Assembly: GCA_964016885.1 (NCBI GenBank)
Contig: OZ024745.1
Coordinates: 49,104,001-49,168,000, forward strand
Source of the DNA: Eledone cirrhosa
Lineage: Eukaryota
Direction of reading: 5' to 3'
DNA: 64,000 nucleotides
In this document: in pieces, positions 1-13,544 of the stretch
How positions within the stretch are numbered: the first letter of the stretch is position 1
Layout of the letters: every line of letters begins with the position of its first letter
Notes under the pieces: model-generated
Databases searched by the model: none
Seen by the model: the letters and a program-made list of their open reading frames with translations, nothing else
Told to the model about the DNA's origin: nothing
Program-made: the position numbers and the translations under genes

Positions 1-1548
1 TAGGCAACACGGTAAAAACCTCCCAGCCCCACACTGTAAATGTGGTTGGTGTTAGGAAGTGCATCCAGCTGTAGAAAACCCGCCAGACAGTCCACGCTGT
101 AATGTGGCCGTGTAGGCAACACGGTAAAAACCTCCCAGCCCCACACTGTAAATGTCGTTGGTGTTAGGAAGGGCATCCAGCTGTAGAAAACCCGCCAGAC
201 AGTCCACGCTGTAATGTGGCCGTGTAGGCAACACGGTAAAAACCTCCCAGCCCCACACTGTAAATGTGGTTGGTGTTAGGAAGTGCATCCAGCTGTAGAA
301 AACCCGCCAGACAGTCCACGCTGTAATGTGGCCGTGTAGGCAACACGGTAAAAACCTCCCAGCCCCACACTGTAAATGTGGTTGGTGTTAGGAAGGGCAT
401 CCAGCTGTAGAAAACCCGCCAGACAGTCCACGCTGTAATGTGGCCGTGTAGGCAACACGGTAAAAACCTCCCAGCCCCACACTGTAAATGTGGTTGGTGT
501 TAGGAAGGGCATCCAGCTGTAGAAAACCCGCCAGACAGTCCACGCTGTAATGTGGCCGTGTAGGCAACACGGTAAAAACCTCCCAGCCCCACACTGTAAA
601 TGTGGTTGGTGTTAGGAAGGGCATCCAGCTGTAGAAAACCCGCCAGACAGTCCACGCTGTAATGTGGCCGTGTAGGCAACACGGTAAAAACCTCCCAGCC
701 CCACACTGTAAATGTGGTTGGTGTTAGGAAGGGCATCCAGCTGTAGAAAACCCGCCAGACAGTCCACGCTGTAATGTGGCCGTGTAGGCAACACGGTAAA
801 AACCTCCCAGCCCCACACTGTAAATGTGGTTGGTGTTAGGAAGTGCATCCAGCTGTAGAAAACCCGCCAGACAGTCCACGCTGTAATGTGGCCGTGTAGG
901 CAACACGGTAAAAACCTCCCAGCCCCACACTGTAAATGTGGTTGGTGTTAGGAAGGGCATCCAGCTGTAGAAAACCCGCCAGACAGTCCACGCTGTAATG
1001 TGGCCGTGTAGGCAACACGGTAAAAACCTCCCAGCCCCACACTGTAAATGTGGTTGGTGTTAGGAAGTGCATCCAGCTGTAGAAAACCCGCCAGACAGTC
1101 CACGCTGTAATGTGGCCGTGTAGGCAACCCGGTAAAAACCTCCCAGCCCCACACTGTAAATGTGGTTGGTGTTAGGAAGTGCATCCAGCTGTAGAAAACC
1201 CGCCAGACAGTCCACGCTGTAATGTGGCCGTGTAGGCAACCCGGTAAAAACCTCCCAGCCCCACACTGTAAATGTGGTTGGTGTTAGGAAGTGCATCCAG
1301 CTGTAGAAAACCCGCCAGACAGTCCACGCTGTAATGTGGCCGTGTAGGCAACCCGGTAAAAACCTCCCAGCCCCACACTGTAAATGTGGTTGGTGTTAGG
1401 AAGTGCATCCAGCTGTAGAAAACCCGCCAGACAGTCCACGCTGTAATGTGGCCGTGTAGGCAACCCGGTAAAAACCTCCCAGCCCCACACTGTAAATGTG
1501 GTTGGTGTTAGGAAGTGCATCCAGCTGTAGAAAACCCGCCAGACAGTC
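1..1548 (+). repeat. 112-bp minisatellite (~14 copies, runs off window start) made from a SINE 3' segment
   Basis: Near-identical unit taggcaacacggtaaaaacctcccagcccc...gtaatgtggccgtg; contains the ggttggtgttaggaagggcatccagctgtagaaa SINE motif and runs into the SINE tail ggacgttaaacg(t)tgatgatgatg at ~1620-1647. Confidence 0.95.
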
Positions 1549-2343
1549 CTATGCGAGCAAGACAATCACTCTTGCCTCAAGTGGGACTACCCCCGTCCAA
1601 ACCCATGCAAGTGTGGAACACGGACGTTAAACGTTGATGATGATGATGTTCAAGGAATTTGATTCACAACCTCACAATTGCGAATCCAATTCTCTAACCA
1701 CTCAGTCATGTGCCTCACTGGTCAACCAAGCCAGCATGAACAGTAGATGCAGATGGTAGTGGCAGTAGTGATGGTGGTGAAAGAATACAAAATAAGGAGG
1801 TTGATACTCTTTTACCACAATCTGTAGACATGTTGGGGTACCATATCACTGTTGCTAATCTATTCTTCCCTTCTGGCTTATCATCATCATCATCATCATC
1901 TTCGCCATCACTTTACACCCCCCATTCCATTCATGTGCTACACTCTCCACTATCACTCCTAGGATCACTGCCTCATTCCTCTTAAATTCTAACACCCACA
2001 CAACTCATCCGGGATCACATTGGCCCTAAAATTCTGATACACCAGTCATAAACCCTTAGTAGCTGTTACCTTCCCCCCCCCCCCCATACTCATTACCCTG
2101 TAAAATCTCATCACCCTATTGAACTTGTCATATGCCTATGACAGCATACTCATCATGTCTCTCTTGTGATGAATGAGTGAATTTGATACTACTGCCCTTA
2201 TTTGGATTTCTTGCCCTGCTGTAGGCATATCTGATATCTTAGATAATAGAATATCCTGGAGCTTAATTCTCTGGAACTGTTTGATAATTTCTACAAGTCA
2301 TTTTCTTTTTAATATTAAATTTACATTTTTCCTTTCTTTTCAG

Positions 2344-2373
2344 ATAGCTCATAATAACAGCTCTATCAAATTT
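2344..2373 (+). CDS. Candidate 30-nt phase-0 microexon of the TRPA1-like gene (IAHNNSSIKF)
   Basis: Polypyrimidine tract ttttcctttcttttcag before, gtaagt after; 10 open codons; phase 0 matches next exon at 3596. Confidence 0.55.
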
Positions 2374-3595
2374 GTAAGTAGCTTTGTTTTAGTAATTAAC
2401 CCCAATGATTTAATTTTTCCCACATACACATATACAACATTGCACCTTTACATAATCATACTCTCATAGATAGCTAGCCTTGGTATGTAAATCTCCCTTT
2501 TGATACCTAGTCATCTGAAACCCCTTCTCGTTCTTTAAAACAAATTCTCCCATTTTAAAGTGTTTATATACATTATTCATTTACTGTTTAGCCAGGAATG
2601 AAAGAGAAGGGGCCATGATCCTTTTAAGGGCCTCTGAGACAGGAGAGAGGGAGGGAAAAAGTTATCATCAAGAAGACGGTATCATCTTGCTTGCCTCAGA
2701 GTTGATTCAGTTAAAGGTATCCAGCAGTCAAGTAGTGCTGTTAAACTAGGCAACAGATTAAGTCAACCATCCAAGTAGGCCATATAATAAAAAGAGCCAA
2801 AAGAAATATTGCAAGCTATCTTGCCTAACACTCAACAAATTCCACCACTATGAAAGACAAAGTTGACTTTGGTGAGATTTGAAATCAGAGCACAGAGAAC
2901 TGGAACAAATACAATTATGCACAAATGACTGTCAATATATTTCCTTCTATCCTTCGATCATAATTTTATTTAAAACCTACATAATGACAGTTAGTTTACT
3001 AATGTTTCCAAATTCTTGATTATTTAAAACATCAATTAAAATGTATAGGCAGTCAATATTATTGGAAATATGGTCACGAAATAGCCACATAGCAGTCGGT
3101 CTTACTTTGCAAGATATATATTTTTGATTCATACTACTAAATGTTCAATATATTTGGATAACAAGATGATTTAATCTGTAAACAGAGAATGGATATTTCT
3201 TGCAAGAAGCATGTATTGTTGTTTAAAATATAGTTTTATTATTAATTTATTAATAATTATATTTATAATGAAATACTTAGCCTATATTTTGAACATATTC
3301 AAGAATTTGGAGGAATTTCCTAAAATAACTCATGCTTTTATTATAAAATGTACACAGCATCTGATTTTTCTTATGCCCAGTTTTCTTTCAACTCATCTGT
3401 ATTTTTGTCAACATTACACATTTAAGAGGAATCAAATGTAGTGTGCAAGAGAAAATATTGTTCGGTTACAGACACATAATATGTATGGATCATCAACCAA
3501 CACTATCATCATAATTCTCATCATCATATGTTTGTTTTTTTTTTTTTGTTTATCTATATTGTATGATTACTTTTAACAAATGGATTTTATTTCAG

Positions 3596-3772
3596 CAACA
3601 ATTTAGTAATATTGGAAAATCTTTGATGAAAACATTTGTTATGATGATTGGAGAAATTGAATTTGATGACATATTTTTCAATCCTGATGAGTCTTTACAA
3701 TTTACTGTAACAACATATCTCATGTTTTTGGTATTTCTGATACTTGGATCGATCATTATTATGAATTTACTG
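3596..3772 (+). CDS. TRPA1: TRPA1-like channel, pore helix/S6 exon
   Basis: ttcag/gtgagt boundaries; QQFSNIGKSLMKTFVMMIGEIEFDDIF...FLILGSIIIMNLL is a TRPA-type pore loop and S6. Confidence 0.9.
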
Positions 3773-3804
3773 GTGAGTTTCTTATCATTATTATCTTCAT
3801 CATA

Positions 3805-3999
3805 GGCAGTGGATTGGCAGTATCGATGGAGAGTCGGACGCCATGCTCTGCAGCAAAGAGTTACGGCCCTTTATAATCTGAGTTCAAATCCCGCCGAGGT
3901 TAACTTTGCCTTTCATCCTTATGGGGTCGATAAAATAAAGTACCAGTAATACCCTGGGATAATTGCTGGCCTTGTGCCAAAAGTAGAAACAATTATTAT
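3805..3999 (+). mobile_element. tRNA-derived SINE family A (representative copy)
   Basis: tggcagtatcg A-box-like, gagttcaaatccc B-box, central gcctttcatccttatggggtcgataaaataaagtaccag, (ATT) tail; other copies ~12918-13110(+), 34735-34925(-), 38766-38948(+) and older diverged ones. Confidence 0.85.
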
Positions 4000-4199
4000 T
4001 TTCATCATACCTGTTGTATCTCTATTTTCCATGCTTGCATGGGTTAGATAGCTATCATATTCTGAGACCAGACATGTCAGACAACCGTGTTTTGGCATGG
4101 TTTCTATGGCTGAATGTTTTTCCTAACACTAACCACTCCTCATCATGTCCTGGGTGTATTTTATTGCAGCACTGCCACTACCACCTAACAGGAGAACTG

Positions 4200-7100
4200 G
4201 GTGTTTTTATTAAGGCACCAATACTACAACTTTACAGAAGAAACTGGGAGCATTTATTGTGGCCCCAGCACTACCACTTTACAGAGTGGGCTGGGTACAT
4301 TTATTGTGGCACCACTACCACTTTACATAGTGGGCTGGGTACATTTATTGTGGCACCAGTACTACTACTTTACAGAGTGTGTTGGGTACATTTATTGTGG
4401 CACCACTACCACTTTACATAGTGGGCTGGGTACATTTATTGTGGCACCAGTACTACTACTTTACAGAGTGTGTTGGGTACATTTATTGTGGCACCAGTAC
4501 TACTACTTTACAGAGTGTGTTGGGTACATTTATTGTGGCACCACTACCACTTTACATAGTGGGCTGGGTACATTTATTGTGGCACCAGTACTACTACTTT
4601 ACAGAGTGGGCTGGGTACATTTATTGTGGCACCAGTACTACTACTTTACAGAGTGGGTTGGGTACATTTATTGTGGCACCAGTACTACTACTTTACAGAG
4701 TGGACTGGGTACATTTATTGTGGCACCAGTACTACTACTTTACAGAGTGGGCTGGGTACATTTATTGTGGCACCAGTACTACTACTTTACAGAGTGGACT
4801 GGGTACATTTATTGTGGCACCAGTACTACTACTTTACAGAGTGGACTGGGTACATTTATTGTGGCACCAGTACTACTACTTTACAGAGTGGACTGGGTAC
4901 ATTTATTGTGGCACCAGTACTACTACTTTACAGAGTGGACTGGGTACATTTATTGTGGCACCAGTACTACTACTTTACAGAGTGGACTGGGTACATTTAT
5001 TGTGGCCCCAGCACTACTACTTTACAGAGTGGACTGGGTACATTTATTGTGGCACCAGTACTACCACTTTACAGAGTGGGCTGGGTACATTTATTGTGGC
5101 ACCAGTACTACTACTTTACAGAGTGGACTGGGTACATTTATTGTGGCACCAGTACTACGACTTTACAGAGTGGACTGGGTACATTTATTGTGGCACCAGT
5201 ACTACTACTTTACAGAGTGGACTGGGTACATTTATTGTGGCACCAGTACTACCACTTTACAGAGTGGGCTGGGTACATTTATTGTGGCACCAGTACTACT
5301 ACTTTACAGAGTGGACTGGGTACATTTATTGTGGCACCAGTACTACCACTTTACAGAGTGGGCTGGGTACATTTATTGTGGCACCAGTACTACTACTTTA
5401 CAGAGTGGACTGGGTACATTTATTGTGGCACCAGTACTACTACTTTACAGAGTGGACTGGGTACATTTATTGTGGCACCAGTACTACCACTTTACAGAGT
5501 GGGCTGGGTACATTTATTGTGGCACCAGTACTACTACTTTACAGAGTGGACTGGGTACATTTATTGTGGCACCAGTACTACTACTTTACAGAGTGGACTG
5601 GGTACATTTATTGTGGCACCAGTACTACTACTTTACAGAGTGGACTGGGTACATTTATTGTGGCACCACTACTACTTTACAGAGTGGACTGGGTACATTT
5701 ATTGTGGCACCAGTACTACTACTTTACAGAGTGGACTGGGTACATTTATTGTGGCACCAGTACTACTACTTTACAGAGTGGACTGGGTACATTTATTGTG
5801 GCACCAGTACTACTACTTTACAGAGTGGACTGGGTACATTTATTGTGGCACCAGTACTACTACTTTACAGAGTGTGTTGGGTACATTTATTGTGGCACCA
5901 GTACTACTACTTTACAGAGTGGACTGGGTACATTTATTGTGGCACCAGTACTACTACTTTACAGAGTGGACTGGGTACATTTATTGTGGCACCACTACCA
6001 CTTTACAGAGTGGGCTGGGTACATTTATTGTGGCACCAGTACTACTACTTTACAGAGTGGACTGGGTACATTTATTGTGGCACCAGTACTACTACTTTAC
6101 AGAGTGGGCTGGGTACATTTATTGTGGCACCAGTACTACTACTTTACAGAGTGGACTGGGTACATTTATTGTGGCACCAGTACTACTACTTTACAGAGTG
6201 GGCTGGGTACATTTATTGTGGCACCAGTACTACTACTTTACAGAGTGTGTTGGGTACATTTATTGTGGCACCAGTACTACTACTTTACAGAGTGGACTGG
6301 GTACATTTATTGTGGCACCAGTACTACTACTTTACATGGTGGGCTGGGTACATTTATTGTGGCACCAGTACTACTACTTTACAGAGTGGACTGGGTACAT
6401 TTATTGTGGCACCAGTACTACTACTTTACAGAGTGGACTGGGTACATTTATTGTGGCACCAGTACTACTACTTTACAGAGTGGACTGGGTACATTTATTG
6501 TGGCACCAGTACTACTACTTTACAGAGTGGGCTGGGTACATTTATTGTGGCACCAGTACTACTACTTTACAGAGTGTGTTGGGTACATTTATTGTGGCAC
6601 CAGTACTACTACTTTACAGAGTGGACTGGGTACATTTATTGTGGCACCAGTACTACTACTTTACATAGTGGGCTGGGTACATTTATTGTGGCACCAGTAC
6701 TACTACTTTACATAGTGGGCTGGGTACATTTATTGTGGCACCAGTACTACTACTTTACAGAGTGGACTGGGTACATTTATTGTGGCACCAGTACTACTAC
6801 TTTACAGAGTGGGCTGGGTACATTTATTGTGGCACCACTACTACTTTACAGAGTGGACTGGGTACATTTATTGTGGCACCACTACTACTTTACAGAGTGG
6901 GCTGGGTACATTTATTGTGGCACCACTACTACTTTACAGAGTGGGCTGGGTACATTTATTGTGGCACCACTACTACTTTACAGAGTGGACTGGGTACATT
7001 TATTGTGGCACCAGTACTACTACTTTACAGAGTGGGCTGGGTACATTTATTGTGGCACCAGTACTACTACTTTACAGAGTGGGCTGGGTACATTTATTGT

Positions 7101-10100
7101 GGCACCAGTACTACTACTTTACAGAGTGGACTGGGTACATTTATTGTGGAACCAGTACTACTACTTTACAGAGTGGGCTGGGTACATTTATTGTGGCACC
7201 AGTACTACTACTTTACAGAGTGGACTGGGTACATTTATTGTGGCACCAGTACTACTACTTTACAGAGTGGGCTGGGTACATTTATTGTGGCACCAGTACT
7301 ACTACTTTACAGAGTGGACTGGGTACATTTATTGTGGCACCAGTACTACTACTTTACAGAGTGGGCTGGGTACATTTATTGTGGCACCACTACTACTTTA
7401 CAGAGTGGACTGAGTACATTTATTGTGGCACCACTACTACTTTACAGAGTGGGCTGGGTACATTTATTGTGGCACCACTACTACTTTACAGAGTGGGCTG
7501 GGTACATTTATTGTGGCACCACTACTACTTTACAGAGTGGACTGGGTACATTTATTGTGGCACCAGTACTACTACTTTACAGAGTGGGCTGGGTACATTT
7601 ATTGTGGCACCACTACTACTTTACAGAGTGGACTGGGTACATTTATTGTGGCACCAGTACTACCACTTTACAGAGTGGGCTGGGTACATTTATTGTGGCA
7701 CCACTACTACTTTACAGAGTGGACTGGGTACATTTATTGTGGCACCAGTACTACTACTTTACAGAGTGGACTGGGTACATTTATTGTGGCACCAGTACTA
7801 CTACTTTACAGAGTGGACTGGGTACATTTATTGTGGCACCAGTACTACTACTTTACAGAGTGTGTTGGGTACATTTATTGTGGCCCCAGCACTACCACTT
7901 TACATAGTGGGCTGGGTACATTTATTGTGGCACCACTCCTACTTTATAGAGTGGGCTGGGTACATTTATTGTGGCACCAGTACTACCACTTTACAGAGTG
8001 GGCTGGGTACATTTATTGTGGCACCACTACTACTTTACAGAGTGGACTGGGTACATTTATTGTGGCACCAGTACTACTACTTTACAGAGTGGACTGGGTA
8101 CATTTATTGTGGTACCAGTACTACTACTTTACAGAGTGGACTGGGTACATTTATTGTGGCACCAGTACTACTACTTTACAGAGTGGACTGGGTACATTTA
8201 TTGTGGCCCCAGCACTACCACTTTACATAGTGGGCTGGGTACATTTATTGTGGCACCACTACCACTTTACATAGTGGGCTGGGTACATTTATTGTGGCAC
8301 CACTACTACTTTACAGAGTGGACTGGGTACATTTATTGTGGCACCAGTACTACTACTTTACAGAGTGGGCTGGGTACATTTATTGTGGCACCAGTACTAC
8401 TACTTTACAGAGTGGACTGGGTACATTTATTGTGGCACCAGTACTACTACTTTACAGAGTGGACTGGGTACATTTATTGTGGCACCACTACTACTTTACA
8501 GAGTGGGCTGGGTACATTTATTGTGGCACCAGTACTACCACTTTACATAGTGGGCTGGGTACATTTATTGTGGCACCAGTACTACTACTTTACAGAGTGG
8601 GCTGGGTACATTTATTGTGGCACCACTACTACTTTACAGAGTGGACTGGGTACATTTATTGTGGCACCAGTACTACTACTTTACAGAGTGGGCTGGGTAC
8701 ATTTATTGTGGCACCACTACTACTTTACAGAGTGGACTGGGTACATTTATTGTGGCACCAGTACTACTACTTTACAGAGTGGGCTGGGTACATTTATTGT
8801 GGCACCACTACTACTTTACAGAGTGGACTGGGTACATTTATTGTGGCACCAGTACTACTACTTTACAGAGTGGGCTGGGTACATTTATTGTGGCACCAGT
8901 ACTACTACTTTACAGAGTGTGTTGGGTACATTTATTGTGGCCCCAGCACTACCACTTTACATAGTGGGCTGGGTACATTTATTGTGGCACCACTACTACT
9001 TTACAGAGTGGGCTGGGTACATTTATTGTGGCACCAGTACTACCACTTTACAGAGTGGGCTGGGTACATTTATTGTGGCACCACTACTACTTTACAGAGT
9101 GGACTGGGTACATTTATTGTGACACCAGTACTACTACTTTACAGAGTGGACTGGGTACATTTATTGTGGCACCAGTACTACTACTTTACAGAGTGGACTG
9201 GGTACATTTATTGTGGCACCAGTACTACTACTTTACAGAGTGTGTTGGGTACATTTATTGTGGCCCCAGCACTACCACTTTACATAGTGGGCTGGGTACA
9301 TTTATTGTGGCACCACTACTACTTTACAGAGTGGGCTGGGTACATTTATTGTGGCACCAGTACTACCACTTTACAGAGTGGGCTGGGTACATTTATTGTG
9401 GCACCACTACTACTTTACAGAGTGGACTGGGTACATTTATTGTGGCACCAGTACTACTACTTTACAGAGTGGACTGGGTACATTTATTGTGGCACCAGTA
9501 CTACTACTTTACAGAGTGGACTGGGTACATTTATTGTGGCACCAGTACTACTACTTTACAGAGTGGACTGGGTACATTTATTGTGGCACCAGTACTACTA
9601 CTTTACAGAGTGGACTGGGTACATTTATTGTGGCACCAGTACTACTACTTTACAGAGTGGACTGGGTACATTTATTGTGGCACCAGTACTACTACTTTAC
9701 AGAGTGGACTGGGTACATTTATTGTGGCACCAGTACTACTACTTTACAGAGTGGGCTGGGTACATTTATTGTGGCACCAGTACTACTACTTTACAGAGTG
9801 GACTGGGTACATTTATTGTGGCACCAGTACTACTACTTTACAGAGTGGGCTGGGTACATTTATTGTGGCACCAGTACTACTACTTTACAGAGTGGGCTGG
9901 GTACATTTATTGTGGCACCAGTACTACTACTTTACAGAGTGGACTGGGTACATTTATTGTGGCACCAGTACTACTACTTTACAGAGTGGACTGGGTACAT
10001 TTATTGTGGCACCAGTACTACTACTTTACATAGTGGGCTGGGTACATTTATTGTGGCACCAGTACTACTACTTTACATAGTGGGCTGGGTACATTTATTG

Positions 10101-10515
10101 TGGCACCAGTACTACTACTTTACAGAGTTGGCTGGGTACATTTATTGTGGCACCAGTACTACTACTTTACAGAGTGTGTTGGGTACATTTATTGTGGCAC
10201 CAGTACTACTACTTTACATAGTGGGCTGGGTACATTTATTGTGGCACCAGTACTACTACTTTACAGAGTGTGTTGGGTACATTTATTGTGGCACCAGTAC
10301 TACTACTTTACAGAGTGGACTGGGTACATTTATTGTGGCACCAGTACTACTACTTTACAGAGTGGACTGGGTACATTTATTGTGGCACCAGTACTACTAC
10401 TTTACATAGTGGGCTGGGTACATTTATTGTGGCACCAGTACTACTACTTTACAGAGTGGACTGGGTACATTTATTGTGGCACCAGTACTACTACTTTACA
10501 GAGTGGGTTGGGTGC
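4200..10515 (+). repeat. 47-bp (44-bp variant) minisatellite, ~135 copies, in TRPA1 intron
   Basis: Unit ggtacatttattgtggcaccagtactactactttacagagtggactg; grows out of a SINE-B copy at ~4003-4200. Confidence 0.97.
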
Positions 10516-10683
10516 TTTAATCAGATCAGAAACTGTTTTGATGTTCAATAGACTGCTGCTGACGAGGTCTCATATATACGTTGTCCTTGTTATTGTTTTC
10601 TCTGGTCCTTGTTGTTGCCATTTTTTGCTAATAGATAGATATGTATGTGTGTATAGGTTAACGCGTATTTCTTCTTTTCTGAT

Positions 10684-11298
10684 AATCATCATCATCATCA
10701 TCATTTTATGTCCGCTTTTCCCTGCTTGCAAGGGTGGGACAGGAACTGATTCTGGCTTGATTTCTACAGCTGGATGCCCTTCCTAACACCAACCTCATTT
10801 ACAGTGAGTGCTGGGTGCTTTTTTGCCGTGGCACCTACACGACCACTTTACAGTGTGGGCTGGAGGCTTTTTTGCTGTGGCACCTCCACGACCACTTTAC
10901 AGTGTGGGCTGGGTGCTTTTTTGCCGTGGCACCTCCACGACCACTTTACAGTGTGGGCTGGGTGCTTTTTTGCCGTGGCACCTCCACGACCACTTTACAG
11001 TGTGGGCTGGGTGCTTTTTTTCCGTGGCACCTCCACGACCACTTTACAGTGTGGGCTGGGTGCTTTTTGGCCGTGGCACCTCCATGACCACTTTACAGTG
11101 TGGGCTGGGTGCTTTTTGGCCGTGGCACCTCCGCGACCACTTTGCTGTGGAATGATAGGGACTCCAGTCCTATCATCTCATTTCTACAGAGCAATGTAAA
11201 ATAAAGTGTCTTGCTCAAGGAAACAACACATCACCCGGTCTGAGAATTGAACTCCCAACCTTTCGATTGCAAAGCCAATGCTCTAACCACTAACCATA
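10684..11298 (-). mobile_element. SINE family B copy with internal 47-bp VNTR (~7 units, 10790-11145)
   Basis: (CAT)n tail at left, tRNA-like head at right, unit ccactttacagtgtgggctgggtgcttttttgccgtggcacctccacga. Confidence 0.85.
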
Positions 11299-11365
11299 TG
11301 AAATTATTTACAGAAAACATGATATATTGCTGGCTGCCTAATAATGTGTTTTCTTTCTCTGATAG

Positions 11366-11434
11366 GTGGGTTTAGCTGTAGATGATATTAAAGATGTCCA
11401 GAATAAAGCTACTCTGAAACGTCGAGCTATGCAG
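11366..11434 (+). CDS. TRPA1: TRPA1-like channel, end of S6 and TRP-like helix exon
   Basis: gatag/gtatgt; VGLAVDDIKDVQNKATLKRRAMQ completes the MNLLVGLAVDDI signature in phase 0. Confidence 0.92.
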
Positions 11435-11734
11435 GTATGTATACATGAAGATGTAGTGTTTCAGAATGTTTTTATTTAAAGGAGATGGACTGGCAGAATC
11501 ATTAAAACATTGGACAAAATGCTTTGCTTATTTTGTTTTGGCTGTTTATGTTCTGAGTTCAAATCCCTTTGTCTTTCATGATGTTGTTCCAGTCCACTCG
11601 GCAGCAAAAAAAATAGCAACATTAATTACTTGAAATAGTGGGGTTTGTTTTTGTAGAAATATGGTCACAAAAGGGTTAAATGAACTGAAGAAGGCTTTGA
11701 ATTAAAATCAAAGTAAATGAGAGCATGACTGTGG

Positions 11735-11982
11735 TTAACCCTTTTGTTACCATATTTCTACAAAAAAATACATTGTCTATGTGATCGAATTAATTTTGGA
11801 AATAATATAAAAATTGAAGGAATTTAATAAAATAACTAACTTTTTAATAGTCTGCTGATATTTGGAAAATCACTTAACAAAATTTTCTTAAAAAAAATTA
11901 TAATGATAAACACTTTAAAAGGAACAGTTTTATATAGTAAAAGCAGGGCCGGTTTCATATGGGTCATTATCAAAAGGGTTCA
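11735..11982. mobile_element. TTAA-flanked (piggyBac-like) MITE inserted in a SINE head
   Basis: ttaa|cccttttg ... caaaaggg|ttca; related copies ~27515-27781, 28060-28289, 35301-35584, 36100-36296, 17470-17737. Confidence 0.65.
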
Positions 11983-12239
11983 GAAGTTCCCTTCACAACC
12001 ATGTGGCCCTGGGTTTGATCTCACTGCATGACCCTTTGAGCATCTACTAATCAGGTTAATCAACACCTTATTTGGGCAATTTAGTTCTGCCGCTACTATC
12101 ATAACCACCACCACCACAATTAAAAGAATTATACTTATTGTATACAGAAATTTCCCATAAAATTGCTACAATAAATTGCAGTTTATATACTATTTGTTAT
12201 AGGAACTAAAGGTATGTTCTCTCTTTGCATATTTTACAG

Positions 12240-12413
12240 GTGGATCTTGTGTTGGATCTTGAAAAAATAATGCCTTTTTCTTTTCATAAGAGGAAAGTGA
12301 TCAAATGTCAAACCCTAAAACCTAATGTCGTGATAACTAACCCATTTATTCGCCTGTTTCACATGACATATGCTTATTCTGAAGATATTTACCAAGTATT
12401 AAATCCTGAACAG
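12240..12413 (+). CDS. TRPA1: TRPA1-like channel, C-terminal exon
   Basis: ttacag/gtaaat; 58 open codons VDLVLDLEKIMP...VLNPEQ, phase 0. Confidence 0.88.
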
Positions 12414-12727
12414 GTAAATACTATATAAATGATATTGTGTGCATTTTGTATAAAAGGGGTATGTAAAGAAAGCTTATATAATATATATACATTATCATAT
12501 CATCATCATCATCACCATTTAACATCCATTTTTCCATGCTAGCATGGATTAGATGAGTTGTCCCATTGTGAGACTAGTCAGATCAGATGACTGTTTTGCT
12601 CATACAGAACTGTTTTGGGCTTGGTTCCTATGGCTGGATGCCCTCCCTAATGCCAACTACTTTACCAGGTGGATCGGGTACTTTTCATCATGTCACCAGC
12701 ATGATCACTTTACAGAGTGGACTGGGT

Positions 12728-12760
<33 letters not shown>

Positions 12761-12763
<3 letters not shown>

Positions 12764-12806
12764 CTAATGATTTCATACAAACGAAACAGTTCTAGTCCTG
12801 TAGAAG
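12761..12806 (+). ncRNA. Type I hammerhead-like motif, family A (core mutated to CTAATGA)
   Basis: ttc CTAATGA tttcatacaaac GAAA cag ttctagtc ctg TA gaag; homologous to 38265 and 18593. Confidence 0.55.
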
Positions 12807-13370
12807 TCATTTCTATATATAATAAAGATCCCTATACTCTGCCAACGTATTGAGTACATTTTAAAATTGTGGTTACCCACAGCACAACTTGGGAATCTAC
12901 ATTATACATATATGTGTGGGCGGTGGGTTGGCAGTATCGGTAGAGGGTTGGACACCATGCTTTTCTTCAAAGAGTTACAGGCCTTTACAATCTGAGTTCA
13001 AATCTCGCTGAGGTTAACTTTGCCTTTCATCCTTATGGGGTTGATAAAATAAAGTACCAGTAATACACTGGGATAATTGCTGGCCTTGTGCCAAAAGTAG
13101 AAACAATTATATATATATGTGTATATATATATGTATATATAAATTCTCATCATCATTTAACATTTTAACATCCATCTTCTCTGCTAGCAAGGGTTGGACA
13201 TATCTTTGCAGGCCAAGGCAGTACTCAAGTAGAAATATTGACCACATAGATGGGACAGGAGCCTACATCTGGAGAACATACATTCCCATAAATCAATAAA
13301 AATATTAACAGATAATATTTTATATCATTCATCATTTAACATCTATTTTCCCTGATTCATATACTTGCAG

Positions 13371-13544
13371 GATGAGTTGCGGCGTATCCAAGTAAACCAG
13401 ACAAACCTGAAGCATAAGGTAAATAAATTGAATGATAATGTGGAGGAGATAAAAACCCAGATGACAAAAGTGGAAAGTATGTTAACAGCCATAATCAAGA
13501 CTCAGAAAATTGAATGGGAAGAAGAAGACTACCAGGAAGACTAA
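13371..13544 (+). CDS. TRPA1: TRPA1-like channel, last coding exon (coiled coil, stop)
   Basis: ttgcag acceptor; DELRRIQVNQTNLKHKVNKLNDNVEEIKTQMTKVESMLTAIIKTQKIEWEEEDYQED* (heptad-like, acidic tail). Confidence 0.88.
   Translation, partial: DELRRIQVNQTNLKHKVNKLNDNVEEIKTQMTKVESMLTAIIKTQKIEWEEEDYQED

Noticed and set aside
52-1565. Series of 78-aa minus-strand ORFs
   Set aside because: Translations of the 112-bp tandem repeat
3805-3895. tRNA gene-like A/B boxes
   Set aside because: Head of a multi-copy SINE; no cloverleaf or acceptor stem
4200-10515. CRISPR-like appearance of regular repeats
   Set aside because: No unique spacers, no cas genes, eukaryotic intron context
10557-10600. CTGACGA hammerhead-like box
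   Set aside because: No downstream GAAA or pairing stems
4201-10786. Long overlapping ORFs (up to 1070 aa) in all three + frames
   Set aside because: Stop-free 47-bp unit cycling through frames; lies inside a TRPA1 intron whose flanking exons join in frame
12203-12211. Possible 9-nt microexon (tag|GAACTAAAG|gtatgt)
   Set aside because: Only 28 nt from the next acceptor, too short for an intron; as an alternative acceptor it would shift frame
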